DNA from: an uncultured Planctomycetaceae bacterium
GTDB taxonomy: Bacteria; Planctomycetota; Planctomycetia; Planctomycetales; Planctomycetaceae
NCBI GenBank assembly: GCA_963815195.1
Contig: CAWFGE010000019.1
Span: forward strand, 205,311-269,310
Direction of reading: 5' to 3'
Length of the DNA stretch: 64,000 nucleotides
Numbering within the stretch: the first letter of the stretch is position 1; every line of letters starts with the position of its first letter. A model generated the notes under the pieces. That model did not search any database and was not told where the DNA came from. It worked only from the letters and a program-made list of their open reading frames with translations. The position numbers and the translations under genes are program-made. Of the stretch, positions 9,416 through 20,122 are shown in pieces.

Positions 9416-12400
9416 CTACTCCGGCTTGACCAGAATCCACATCGGCGAAGCCCAGACGAGTTCGCCCGCCGCCCCTTCGAGATCGGGCACCTGCTCGCCG
9501 CGGACATAATAGTAGCTCGTCTTGCCGGCGGTCGGATGCGGATCGGTCCATTGGAAATGCACATCGTTCTGGTTCGGCTCGACGATGTGCACTTCTTCGT
9601 CGTCCTTGATGATCGTCACCTTGGCGATCTTTTCGCGCCGATCAGATGCACGTCAATCGTCGGGGCGGTCTTCGTGGTGAACTCCTCGCCCATGAAATGC
9701 ACCGTGCCGCCGACCTTGCAGCGGACGTCCGCGACGATGTTGTCCGTCGAGCCGTACACCCGGCGTTTGCGGATGGCGTCGAGGATGCCTTTCCGCGTCG
9801 GCTCGGTCACCAGGACGTTACAGTAGCTGAGGTGCGTGGAGATGTGGTCGCTGCTGGACTCGAACGCCAGGCGGTAGCCTTTGAGCAGAGCCAGATTGAC
9901 GAAGCCTTTGGGACGCCAGCCGCCGAGGCTTTCTTTCTCCGGCGTGGACTGTTTGAGACGGGCTTCGGTCACGGCGGACCGGGGCGCGTCGGGGCGTTCG
10001 TAGTTGTTGCGGTCGCCTTGATAGATTTCCACGAACGGCTCGACTTCGGGATCGTTGTTTCGCCAATCGGTGCCCATGTTGGTCGCCGACGTGTGTGAAG
10101 CGCAGATTCCGCCGAAGTAGTGCAAATACATATAGAGCAGATTCGTGTCGGGGGCGGGGGCGAACTTGTCGGGCGAGGAAATGGGCAGCCGGGGCAGCGA
10201 CCGCACGCCGCGGTAGGCGAACATGCAGTTGCGATGCCCTTCGGGATACCGCACGCTGCGTTCGTAGCTGTAAACGGGAACGAAATGGCCCGGCAGCGTG
10301 AACAGCGTGACGGCTTTCTGCGTGGTCCACCAGGAATACTCGCGGCCGTTGCCGAAATCGTGGTCGCCGTCGCCGATCCAATCCATGCAAGCCGCATCGA
10401 TGGCATACCGCCACAAGTCGAGCAGCCCGCCGTCGCCTCCGCCGTCGGGAGACAGTTCGGTGTGCCGGTGAAATTCGCCGCGCCAGATCCGCAGCGTTTC
10501 ATCGCCGAGCTCCACGCGATAAGCCCGCATGCGCTGGATGTCCTCGCGTTCGGCGGGCACGTCGGGGGCGATGCCGGCGGGCGTTTCCGCGGGAATCGCC
10601 GCCAGCTTCGGTTGGCCGGCCGCGTTCTCGAAATGCGTTCCCTCAACCACGCTGTAGAGCAAATTGTTGTTCGGATCGATTTGATTGAGATTCCGCCGGC
10701 GGATTCGCGGGGGGCGGTTGGGCTGTTGTTCCGCGGCCTTGATGTCGGCGTCGTCGCTGGTGCCCGGCAGATGCACATCCTCCATGTCGAGCGGGTTGAC
10801 TTCCCCGCGGCCGTCGCCCGAGAACACCGCCAGGATGTCCGAATTTCCGACCGCCACGAGAGCCGGGCGGTTGTCGAGAATATTGTTGGTGTGCGGGATC
10901 CACACCGCGTCCGCCCAGCCGTCCGCTCCCAGTTTCGTGAGATATTCGCACCACACCGAGCCGACGTTGACACGCCAGTTGCCCCCGGGCTTGCCGCGAA
11001 ACGCGAGCCAAACCTGGCCCTTGCCGTCGCAAGCCAGGCGGGGATAAGTCGGGGCGATGTTCACGATCGGCGACCGCCGGGGGCCTCGCTGTTGCCGATT
11101 CGGATTGCCCGCCGCACCGCGCCGCCGGGGCGTCGCCGAGGGGACGGCGTCCATCACGTCTTCGGGCTCGAACCATTGGCCTTTTTGATCCCGAACCTTC
11201 ACCGCCAGACTCCGGCCCGTCTGGTACAGCGGGATGCCTTTCTTCTTTAAGGCGCCGAAATCTTTGCCCCATTGGTCGCCGCTGGATTCATAAGCGATCC
11301 ACAACCGGCCTTCCGCGTCGTAAACCAAGGAGGGCCTGACTTCAAACCCCAAAGACGCGGCCACGGCTTCGGGCGGACTCAGACGTCCCTCTTCGCCCCG
11401 GCTCGCGACATACACATCGTAATCGCCTTTGTCGAACGTGTCCCAGGCGACCGCCAAGTGGCCTTTCGAATCCGCGGCGATCGCCGGTTCCCATTCGTTG
11501 CCCTTAAAGTTGCTCGCGCGAACCGGCTTAGAAAACCCGCTGCCGGTTTGATGGGACGTGAAGACGTGAAAATTCTCTTCGCGGGCGCCGACCCAGGCGA
11601 CCCAAACGTTTCCGGCAGCGTCCGCAGCCGCGCAGGGCATGAAGTCGGTGCCCGGCGTTCCACTGATATTTACGGGGTCGGCGGGGTTCTTGCCATCGGC
11701 ATCGAAGCTTCGCGCCATGACTTCCCAATTGCCGTAATCGAGGTTCTGGTCCGCATCGCGATGAGCCGAATAAAACACCCACACCCGGCCGTCGCCTGCG
11801 ACCGCAATCGCCGGCCGATAGAGTTCCAGTTTGCCGTCGGTGACGGGAATCGGATCGCTCCAGCGTCCGCCGCGGAGCATCTGCAAATAAAGCTGCTCGC
11901 CACCCGCGGGTTGGGCGAGATAATCCAGGTCGCCGGGCTGTTCGATCATGCGGACCGGCGTGTTGAAGTTATTGACCGGGCCGGACTCCTTCGTCGCCGG
12001 CCGTTCTCTGAGGCCCTGGAAATCCCGCCCGTGCGTGAACGCGAGATACACCACATACACCGTGCCGTCTTTGCCCGTCGCCACCGCTGGGTAATCTTCG
12101 TCGGCCATCGTCGCGGCGAGGGCGTGAACCGTCGGCACGCGCTCCACAATGACGTTGCCCGCCTTAAATGGCTGGCTCACGCCATAAGACAATTGATCGA
12201 GCCGAAACTTGACGGTGGCCGGTTCGGTCACGAACTCCAATTCTTCATTGGGCCGGCACCCGGTCAGAGTGACGAGGATCCCATTGTCGGAGATCGGCAA
12301 CTTCAGACCGGCCGCGATCCGCTGCCGCTGGGCCGCGTTCTGTGCATTCGCCCGCCGGGTGCGGACCTTCCAGGTGTTGTTCTCGGCGGAGTCGTTCTGC

Positions 12401-12621
12401 GACCACCGCCAACCGCGGATCGATTCCACCTTGCCCGATCCGGCGAGCAGCTTTCCGCTCCAGTCGGTCGGGGTTTGATCCTTCATGCCGAAGCGGATGC
12501 GGAGCGTGACCGGGTTCTCATCCGCGGCCCGGCCCAGGCCGCTCAAAACGACCAGGCAGAAAAGCATTCCGGGCACAAACGAAAGGACAAGGCCTTCACA
12601 AAACGGGGATTTGCGCTGCAT
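9416..12621 (-). CDS. Large exported protein: beta-propeller-like region plus PHP-fold (DUF3604/CehA-McbA-like) metallohydrolase (apparent frameshift near 9630)
   Basis: Signal peptide; repeated P-x-I-A-x-D-x-x-G-x-x-W units; metal motifs GEFHRHT, DHD, GHRN, SHT, SSDH; tail YYYVRGEQ...LVWASPMW in ORF 9416-9619. Confidence 0.8.
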
Positions 12622-12647
12622 GTTGCACCTCGAAAAGAATGAGAATC

Positions 12648-12686
12648 TGAGCGGTAGGCGCTAGCCTCCGGTCTCCGGCCGCTCAC
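12648..12686. repeat. Degenerate REP copy of the GAGCGG...GCGCTAGC...CGG type
   Basis: TGAGCGGTAGGCGCTAGCCTCCGG resembles the REPs at 46082-47008. Confidence 0.55.
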
Positions 12687-12722
12687 TTTGGCGGAATCTG
12701 CATTATCAACACATTCTGAAAA

Positions 12723-13952
12723 TCATCCGGCCACGAATTGTGACATCACGCGGGTCACAAGCCAATATCCACCAACCACTGCGACGGAAATCGATCCCGC
12801 CGGCACCAGGCGCGCCACGAGCTGCTCATTTCGCCTGGTGAGCCATAACAGGGGGAGAAAAACCACCGCCACGCCCAGTTGCCCGGCTTCGACGCCGAGG
12901 TTGAATTCCAACAGCGGCCAAAGCACGCCGCCGGGAATCGTCCCCAAACCGATGTCGCGGAGGGCCGAGGCGAACCCCAACCCGTGCACCAATCCGAATA
13001 AGCACGTCACCGCCGCCCGCCGCCAGAGCGCCGGCGTGCCGAACAGGTTTTCGATGGCCACATACACGATCGACAACGCGATCACAGGCTCCACAATCTC
13101 GCCCGGCAGCCGCACGACGTCGAGGGCCGCGAGCGCCAACGTGATGGAATGCGCCACGGTGAAACACGTGATGATCACCGCGGCTTCTTTGAACTTCGTG
13201 CACGTCAACAAGAGCGCGGCCAGAAACAACAAATGATCGTAGCCGGTGATGATGTGCTCGACGCCGAACAGAAAAAACGAGATTCGCGAAGACGGTTGGC
13301 CCGACACCGGCGCGGTCTTCGGCTTTCGAACCACGGGGGCCGACTCCTTGACCTCGGCGGACGATTCTTTCGAGCCAACGCGTTGGGCCGGTGGCCCGTT
13401 GGTTTGAGCGGGCGGCTTCACGGCCGAGCCCTTGGCGGGCGGCACGGCGGTGAATCCCGCGTCCCGCTCCACCGTCAACACATCCTCCAAGCGGATCAGG
13501 CCCCGCTCCCCATCGGCGGGCGTTTCGCGGCGATCTTCGATAAACAGCAATTGCCGATGCCCGCGCGGCATGTGGATCAGGTGCTTGGACCACACGAGCA
13601 ATTCCACGGTCTCGTTCGACGGAGAAAAATCGTAATCGACATCGACCTCGATCAAGCCCACTTCCAAAAGGAACGCCTTGACCTTCACGGGCCGGAGCGG
13701 CTGTTCGTCGATCTGCAATTCCACAACCTCGCCCGCCGACTTTTCCAATTCGCGGCACACGTCGGCGACGTAGTCGGGATATTTCCCCGGCGGAAACCAG
13801 TCTCCCAAATCCCGCGTGTGCAGCGTGAGCGCGGCTTGCATCCGTCCCGGCATGACCGTGACGTGCATCCCGCTGAATCCTTCCGGATGCGCGAACGCCG
13901 CCGAGACACAACACAACTGCAACAGCCCCGCCAAAAGCCAGCCAATCGCCAT
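12723..13952 (-). CDS. HupE/UreJ family protein
   Basis: Signal peptide ending AFA-H; GVEHIITGYDHLLF, FTVAHSITL, FGLVHGLGFA, FNLGVEAGQ; start chosen at the ATG after GAGGGGAGG. Confidence 0.9.
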   Translation of the reverse strand: MAIGWLLAGLLQLCCVSAAFAHPEGFSGMHVTVMPGRMQAALTLHTRDLGDWFPPGKYPDYVADVCRELEKSAGEVVELQIDEQPLRPVKVKAFLLEVGLIEVDVDYDFSPSNETVELLVWSKHLIHMPRGHRQLLFIEDRRETPADGERGLIRLEDVLTVERDAGFTAVPPAKGSAVKPPAQTNGPPAQRVGSKESSAEVKESAPVVRKPKTAPVSGQPSSRISFFLFGVEHIITGYDHLLFLAALLLTCTKFKEAAVIITCFTVAHSITLALAALDVVRLPGEIVEPVIALSIVYVAIENLFGTPALWRRAAVTCLFGLVHGLGFASALRDIGLGTIPGGVLWPLLEFNLGVEAGQLGVAVVFLPLLWLTRRNEQLVARLVPAGSISVAVVGGYWLVTRVMSQFVAG

Positions 13953-14180
13953 CCGCCTCCCCTCGCCGCCGGAACGAGGAGATCGATAAAGCCAAAACGT
14001 GGGCGGGTTTCGCCGCCGGGATGTCGATGCGTGTTCCAACCCCGATGACTCCGGCATCCAGGACGAGAGATGATAAGGAAAACGGTCCAAGGCCGATGGG
14101 ATGAGTAGATTCTACCGCGATTCTCAGCCCACGCAATTCAGCACGTTCCCCGGATCATCTTTCCGGCTCATGGAACCCGT

Positions 14181-15476
14181 TCACTTCTTGGCGGGCAATT
14201 CCAGGGACATGAGTTTATCGGCGTCGCGGACATAAAGTCGGCCGTTCGCCAAGGCGGGCAAGGCGCGGATGGTATTGTTGCTGAGGCGCGTGCGGGCCAG
14301 TTCGCGATAGGCGGCCGTGTCGAGGGCGGCCATCACGAGTTCGCCGTCGGTGGTGAGGATCAACAGTTTGCCGTCGGCCGCCAAAAGCGTGGCGTATCCC
14401 AGCCCGGCTTTTTCCCAGAGGACTTTTTGCGCCAAGGGATCGATGCAGCGGAGCACCGGTTCGCCCACATCCTGCCGGCCGTGGATGCCGATGAGCTTTC
14501 CTTTATGCTCAATGGGCGTTGTGTATTGGCTAGAAAGCAGGTCGTCGTTTTGCCAGAGGATCTTGGCGTTGTTCGGTTCGATTTTCGCGAACACCGCCCC
14601 GGCTCCGTAGCTGGCGGTGACGAAGAGCTTGTCGCCCAAAATCACAGGATTGGCCGCACTGACTTTGGGGCCGGGGGCATTATAGGGAAACCGAAACTGC
14701 AACTTGCCGTTGGCGGGATCGACCGAAACCACGCTCAGCCGCGCGATGACGAGCACGTGCCGGACGTCGTTCACGGTTGCGAGCATCGGCGAGGAATAGC
14801 CGGCCCGTTCCTTGGTGCTTTTCCAGAGTGTTTTTCCATCCTTGAGGGCGAACGCCACGATGCCCGCCTCGGCCGCGTCGCCGCCCACGTTGACGATCAG
14901 TTTGTCATCGACCGCCAGAGGCGTGCTGCCGATGCCGAAGTAACCCTCCGGCGGTTCGCCGCGGAACGGGCGTTTGGAATTGTAATCCTGATAGGTGTCG
15001 CGGTGCCAAATTTCGTTTCCCGTGGCGAAATCCAGACAGCGAAGCTGCCCCATTGCTCCGTAAACGTACACGCGGTTTTTGTGAATCAAAGGCGTGCACC
15101 GGGGGCCGTTGTCGGAAATAAACGAAGGCACATAGCTCGCCTCAAAATCTTTCTTCCACAACAACTTGCCGGTCCGGGCATCCAAGGCTTCCACACGCTC
15201 CGAGCCGCCCACGCGATGAAACACGACGAGTTTCCCATCGGCGACCGCGGGGCCGGCGAACCCGTCGCCCACTTCGTGAGTCCAGGACGTCTTCAACCCG
15301 CCGTCCGGCCAGCGGTCGGCCAGGTTTTCCTTTTCCGCGATCCCGTTCCGGTTCGGCCCCAGAATCTGCGGCCAATCCCCGGCCCGGCTCGTTCCGGTGG
15401 ATAATAAAAGAGCAACCGCGGTCGTCCCTGCCAAGAAAAAACGCATCGGATCGAAACTCGACAAAAGAGGGTTCAT
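14181..15476 (-). CDS. PQQ-binding-like beta-propeller protein
   Basis: DWPQILGPNRNG, repeated ALDAxTGKxxW units, PALANGRLYVRD. Confidence 0.9.
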   Translation of the reverse strand: MNPLLSSFDPMRFFLAGTTAVALLLSTGTSRAGDWPQILGPNRNGIAEKENLADRWPDGGLKTSWTHEVGDGFAGPAVADGKLVVFHRVGGSERVEALDARTGKLLWKKDFEASYVPSFISDNGPRCTPLIHKNRVYVYGAMGQLRCLDFATGNEIWHRDTYQDYNSKRPFRGEPPEGYFGIGSTPLAVDDKLIVNVGGDAAEAGIVAFALKDGKTLWKSTKERAGYSSPMLATVNDVRHVLVIARLSVVSVDPANGKLQFRFPYNAPGPKVSAANPVILGDKLFVTASYGAGAVFAKIEPNNAKILWQNDDLLSSQYTTPIEHKGKLIGIHGRQDVGEPVLRCIDPLAQKVLWEKAGLGYATLLAADGKLLILTTDGELVMAALDTAAYRELARTRLSNNTIRALPALANGRLYVRDADKLMSLELPAKK

Positions 15477-15569
15477 GGATTTTCAAACGCCGGCCTCTCA
15501 GAATAAAACAACAACGGCCAAATTGCGAATGTCCGCGTGAAACCTCTCCTGGAAACTTCCAAACGAACC

Positions 15570-16646
15570 ATGCCCCACACCAACACCACGACCGTGATCA
15601 TCGGCCAAGGCCTGGCGGGGACGGTCTTGGCCTGGCAGCTTCTGTGGCGGGGGGAATCGCTCGTGATGATTGACGACGGTTCCTTCCCCACCGCGTCCCG
15701 GATCGCGGCCGGCCTGGTGACGCCCATCACCGGGCAGCGGCTCGTGCCCAGTTGGCGGTTCGCCGAGTTCTGGCCCGCCGCGCTAGGCTTTTATCGCCGG
15801 GTCGAGCAGGAAACCGGCCGATCGTTCTTCCGAGAAGTGCCGATGCTGCGGCTCTTCGGAAGCGAACAGGAACGCCTGCGGTTTTCGCAATCACCATCCG
15901 CCGATTCCCCGGTTGCTGTCAAATATCCAGAACCACTCGTGGACGAGACCGCCTTCAAAAATGCATGGGGCGGATTTGAGATGCTCGGCGGACAGTTGGA
16001 TGTCTGCGGGTTCCTGGAAACTTCGCGATCCTGGTTTGAAGACCGCGGGCTGTTGCGAACGAGTCGTGTCAATCTCCCCGCGGACCTGGAGTTGCAAATC
16101 GAATCCGTCGCCTTTTCCAAGTGGTACCTTGAAGCGAAGCGGGTGGTTTTTTGCGAAGGGTTTGCCGGTCGGAGAAATCCTTGGTTCCAGCGGGTGCCGT
16201 TTGATGCGGCCAAGGGGGAGATTCTGACGATCCGCGTGCCGGGCCTCGAGGAACAGCGGATCATCCACTGCGGGATTTGGCTGGCTCCGTTGGGAGAGGA
16301 ACTGTTCCGCGCGGGAGCGACGTATGATCGGGAGAACCTGAACAACTTGCCCACAGAAAGCGGACGCGAGGAAATCTGCCGGCAGCTTCAAACCTTATTG
16401 CGATTGCCGTTTGAAGTCGTCGATCATCACGCGGCCGTGCGTCCCGTTGTGGTCGGCCGGCATCCGGTGATCGGATTGCATCCCCAATTTCCGCCGTTGG
16501 GTTATTGCAACGGCCTCGGTTCCAAAGGGGCACTCCAGGCTCCGTTCGTTGCGGAGCAGTTCGCGAGGTTTCTCCAAGGCGCGGGCGAGATTGAAGACAT
16601 CCTGAACCTCCGGCAGCGGTTTGGCGATATGTTATGGAACGATTGA
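15570..16646 (+). CDS. FAD-dependent oxidoreductase (DAO / MnmC oxidoreductase-like)
   Basis: IIGQGLAG, ASRIAAGLVTP, AKGEIL, GATY, AVRP, NGLGSKG. Confidence 0.85.
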   Translation: MPHTNTTTVIIGQGLAGTVLAWQLLWRGESLVMIDDGSFPTASRIAAGLVTPITGQRLVPSWRFAEFWPAALGFYRRVEQETGRSFFREVPMLRLFGSEQERLRFSQSPSADSPVAVKYPEPLVDETAFKNAWGGFEMLGGQLDVCGFLETSRSWFEDRGLLRTSRVNLPADLELQIESVAFSKWYLEAKRVVFCEGFAGRRNPWFQRVPFDAAKGEILTIRVPGLEEQRIIHCGIWLAPLGEELFRAGATYDRENLNNLPTESGREEICRQLQTLLRLPFEVVDHHAAVRPVVVGRHPVIGLHPQFPPLGYCNGLGSKGALQAPFVAEQFARFLQGAGEIEDILNLRQRFGDMLWND

Positions 16647-17200
16647 CTGAGAAAGCCCATCAAATCGTGCGCTCTCGTGTGAGGCCGGGCGATGTGGCGA
16701 TCGATGCCACCGCGGGGAACGGATACGACACCTTGTTCCTCAGCGAAGCCGTGGGAGACGCGGGGCTTGTGTTTGCCTTCGATGTGCAGCCGGCGGCTCT
16801 TGAGCAAACCGCCGCGCGGTTGGAAAATGCCGGCCGAAGCAACGTGCTGCTCGTGCCGCACAATCACGCGGAGTTGGCGAGTCACATCCCCGCCGAGCAC
16901 CACGGCCAAATCGCCGCGGTGATGTTCAACCTGGGCTACTTGCCGGGATCCGACAAATCGTTCCACACGAAACCGGAAACCACAGGGTGGGCCATCCTGG
17001 GCGCGTTGCCTTGGCTCCGCGCGGACGGCGTTTTGACCGTGCTCGCCTACACGGGGCATCCCGGTGGGCTGGAGGAAGCCGCCGCCGTGCACCAATTGCT
17101 GCAAAGCCTTTCTGGAGAGGAATTTACAGTCGAAACTCATGTCCCGGACCGGCCGTCGGCTCCACAACTGTTCGTGGTCGCCCGGCGGCATAATCCGTAG
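16634..17200 (+). CDS. mnmM: SAM-dependent methyltransferase, YtqB/MnmM family
   Basis: AIDATAGNGYDTLFL, FAFDVQ, MFNLGYLPGSDK, YTGHPGGLEE. Confidence 0.85.
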   Translation: MERLTEKAHQIVRSRVRPGDVAIDATAGNGYDTLFLSEAVGDAGLVFAFDVQPAALEQTAARLENAGRSNVLLVPHNHAELASHIPAEHHGQIAAVMFNLGYLPGSDKSFHTKPETTGWAILGALPWLRADGVLTVLAYTGHPGGLEEAAAVHQLLQSLSGEEFTVETHVPDRPSAPQLFVVARRHNP

Positions 17201-17322
17201 CGGATCGAGGATTTTCTTCCGAAAACGATGTTTCTCCGCGGTCGAAATCCTCGGAATTCGTATGATACAATGCATTGACCACGGAAGAATTAAAAACTCA
17301 ATAGTTCCAAATTACGGTAAAA

Positions 17323-17536
17323 AGGACCGAAGGTCCGGGCCTATGTCAGCCCAGGGCAAGCGCAGCGCCGCCCTGGGTTATGGATGATAAATGAAACGCA
17401 AGCCCAGCGGGGCGGCCCTAGAGGGCACGCGCAGGGGCAGCTTCAATCCCACGCACGCATTACGTATCTTCGGTTTAGGACCGCCCCTTTGGGCCTATTG
17501 CATTTTGTTTGTTCCTGGTCCCCAGGGCTGCGCCCT
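17323..17536. repeat. REP/REPIN-like inverted repeat cluster (family A); right arm interrupted by IS110
   Basis: CTATGTCAGCCCAGGGC (17341-17357) is the reverse complement of the reconstructed GCCCTGGGCTGACATAG formed by joining 17532-17536 to 19193-19204. Confidence 0.8.
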
Positions 17537-17550
17537 TATAGGATTTGCTG

Positions 17551-17833
17551 AGGGATGGATCGGCCGCGGGAGAGGGCGGGGGACGCAAGTCTCTCCCCAC
17601 GGACTCTTCCGCGCCGGAGCCGATCCAGCGCCGTTTTTTTCCTGTTTTTCCAGCCCCAACTTTGAGAGGATCAAAATCAGGCACGCGTCGCCCCGCTACG
17701 AATCGTGCGCCCCATCGCTTCAACGATTGAGCCCAGACTTTCGAGCGGGACGATGCTCTTGGGAACCAACGAATCACTCCAGATGATGACGCCAAAACGT
17801 CTCGGACTATAAGGTTTTCGCCCGCTCCCAAGA
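17551..17833 (+). ncRNA. Predicted IS110 bridge RNA with target-binding and donor-binding loops (ends approximate)
   Basis: Guides TGCGCCC (17706-17712) and AGCCCAG (17730-17736) match the target; CAGATG (17780-17785) and CTATAAG (17807-17813) match the circle junction; each pair brackets a small hairpin inside a closing stem. Confidence 0.85.
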
Positions 17834-17882
17834 TCGCGTGCCCTTTTTGATTGTGTTTCACTTTAACAGGAGACGATCCCCC

Positions 17883-19164
17883 ATGCACTCGAATTTGCTC
17901 GACCCCAATGCCTGTGTGCTGATCGGCCTCGATTGGGCCGACCGCGAACATGCCGTCTGCCGGCTGCTTCCCGACGGCGGAACCGAACACCGGCAACTCG
18001 AACACACGCCCGAAGCGATTGCCGACTGGCTCGCCGGCCTGCGGAAGCAATTCCCCGGTCGCCCGATTCGGATCGCGTTGGAGCAAAGCTGCGGCGCGCT
18101 GATGAGCGCTCTGCCGTTTCGCCGACCTGGAACTCGAACTGTATCCCATCAATCCCAAGCAGCTGGCCCGCTATCGGGACGCGATTCATCCTTCGGGAGC
18201 GAAATCCGATCTAGACGATGCGCAGCTCTTGGCCCGCTTTCTGCAAAACCATCAGGAGCAACTCCTCCCGTTCGTGGCGGACGATCCCGAAACCCGCCGC
18301 CTGGCCGAGTTGTCCGAACTTCGCCGCAAGCTGGTCGATGACCGCAAAACCCTTGTGCAGAAGCTCGAAGGCACGCTCAAGCTGTATTTTCCGCAACTGC
18401 TCGAATGGTGTGCCGGGAAGAGTCGCCAACCCCTGTTGCTCGCCGTGCTTCGCCGCTGGCCGAGCTTGGGCGATCTTAAGCGGGCTCATCCCAAAACGCT
18501 TCGCACGTTCCTCGCCGAGCATGGCCTGCGGAACCCCGACCAGCAAACCGAGTGGATCGACAACGTCCGCCCCGCCACCCCGTTGACCGAGGATGCCAGT
18601 TTGATCGAACCCCGCGCGATGTACGCCCAAAGTCTCGGCCGGCAAATCGAGGAACTGAACGAGGCCATTGCCAAATTCGAGAAGCAACTGGACGAGGCGA
18701 CCGCCGCGCATCCCGACCACGAACTGTTCCGCTCGCTGCCCGGTGCCGGCGACGTCCTCACGCCGCGACTCATCGTGGCGATGGGCTCCGACCGGGACCG
18801 CTACCAAGACGCCGGGGACGTGCAATCCAAAAGCGGCATCGCCCCGATCACCAAGCAAAGCGGGAAGACCCGGCTCGTGTTGTCGCGAATCGCCTGCCCC
18901 AAATTTCTCCGGCAGACATTCCACGAGTTCGCCGACCAGGCCCGCCGCTGGAGCGATTGGTCCCGAGCGTTCTATCAAATGAAACGCGCGGCCGGCATGA
19001 GCCACCACGCCGCGGTCCGCGCCTTGGCCTTCAAATGGATTCGCATCATCTTTCGGATGTGGCAAACCGGCACCCCTTACTCGGAAATGAAGTACCAGGA
19101 ACAACTCACAATCAGAAACAGCCCCGTCTGGAATTTATTGGAAACAACAACAGAAACCACCTGA
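17883..19164 (+). CDS. IS110 DEDD recombinase/transposase (apparent frameshift near 18115)
   Basis: IGLDWADREH, IALEQ, INPKQ, KSDLDDA, SLPGAG, SGIAPITKQSGK, AVRALAFKWIRIIF. Confidence 0.95.
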
Positions 19165-19190
19165 AACCCACTTGAAAAAACCTCAGATGT

Positions 19191-19222
19191 CTGGGCTGAC
19201 ATAGGGCCGGGCCTTTGGCCCT
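19191..19222. repeat. Distal half of the REP family A arm split by IS110
   Basis: CTGGGCTGACATAGGGCCGGGCCTTTGGCCCT. Confidence 0.8.
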
Positions 19223-19249
19223 CAGAATCCTCTCGTTCATTTGTCGCCC

Positions 19250-20104
19250 ATGAACCCTTTAGCTTCACAACAGAATTCCGTGATCGATCAGGAACCGCCC
19301 TACTCTCCCGCCTGGCATCAAATGTTGGAACGCATGCTGGGAGCGGCGGCGTGCCGGCAGTTGGGGTTTTATTCCATCCCCTCCGATATGCTGCTCTCGG
19401 TGGTGATTCCCATCTACAACGAGGAAAAGACGCTGCGGGAAATCGTCGAGCGGGTGCGGGCGGTGCCGATCCGCAAGGAGATCGTGCTGGTCGATGATTG
19501 CAGCCAGGACAAATCCCGCGAACTGATGCAGCAAATCGCCGCCGATGTCGCCGACCAGGCCGACGAGATGAACCACATCGTCACCGCCTTTCACGAAGTC
19601 AACCGCGGCAAGGGGGCGGCCCTCCGGACGGGCTTTGAACATGTCGGCGGCGATGTGGTGATTATTCAAGACGCCGACTTGGAATACGATCCCTCCGAAT
19701 TTCCGCGGCTGCTTCAGCCCATCATCGAGAACAAAGCCGACGTGGTTTACGGCAGCCGATTTCTGGGCGACCAGCCGCACCGGGTGCTGTATTTCTGGCA
19801 TTACCTGGGCAACAAGGTTTTAACGACGTTGTCCAACTGCTTCACCAATCTGAACCTGACGGACATGGAAACCTGCTACAAAGTTTTCCGCCGGCAGGTG
19901 ATCGACGATGTCACGCCCCGGCTCAAGCAGAACCGCTTCGGCTTCGAACCGGAAATCACCGCCCGCATCGCCCGCCGGCGGTTCCGGGTTTTCGAAATGT
20001 CCGTCAGCTATTCCGGGCGGACTTACGAGCAGGGCAAGAAGATCGGCTGGCGGGACGGCGTCAAAGCCCTGTGGTGCATCATCCGCTACGGCGTTGCGGA
20101 TTGA
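19250..20104 (+). CDS. Glycosyltransferase family 2 (DPM1-like)
   Basis: [60 protein letters not shown]. Confidence 0.95.
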   Translation: MNPLASQQNSVIDQEPPYSPAWHQMLERMLGAAACRQLGFYSIPSDMLLSVVIPIYNEEKTLREIVERVRAVPIRKEIVLVDDCSQDKSRELMQQIAADVADQADEMNHIVTAFHEVNRGKGAALRTGFEHVGGDVVIIQDADLEYDPSEFPRLLQPIIENKADVVYGSRFLGDQPHRVLYFWHYLGNKVLTTLSNCFTNLNLTDMETCYKVFRRQVIDDVTPRLKQNRFGFEPEITARIARRRFRVFEMSVSYSGRTYEQGKKIGWRDGVKALWCIIRYGVAD

Positions 20105-20122
20105 AGGTGGTTCGAAGCTGTC

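Larger units (their letters stand above)
17537..19190 (+). mobile_element. IS110 family insertion sequence flanked by CT core dinucleotides
   Basis: CT at 17535-17536 and 19191-19192; removing the element restores the REP palindrome CCCAGGGCTGCGCCCTGGG; subterminal IR CTGAGG (17548-17553) / CCTCAG (19181-19186). Confidence 0.92.
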
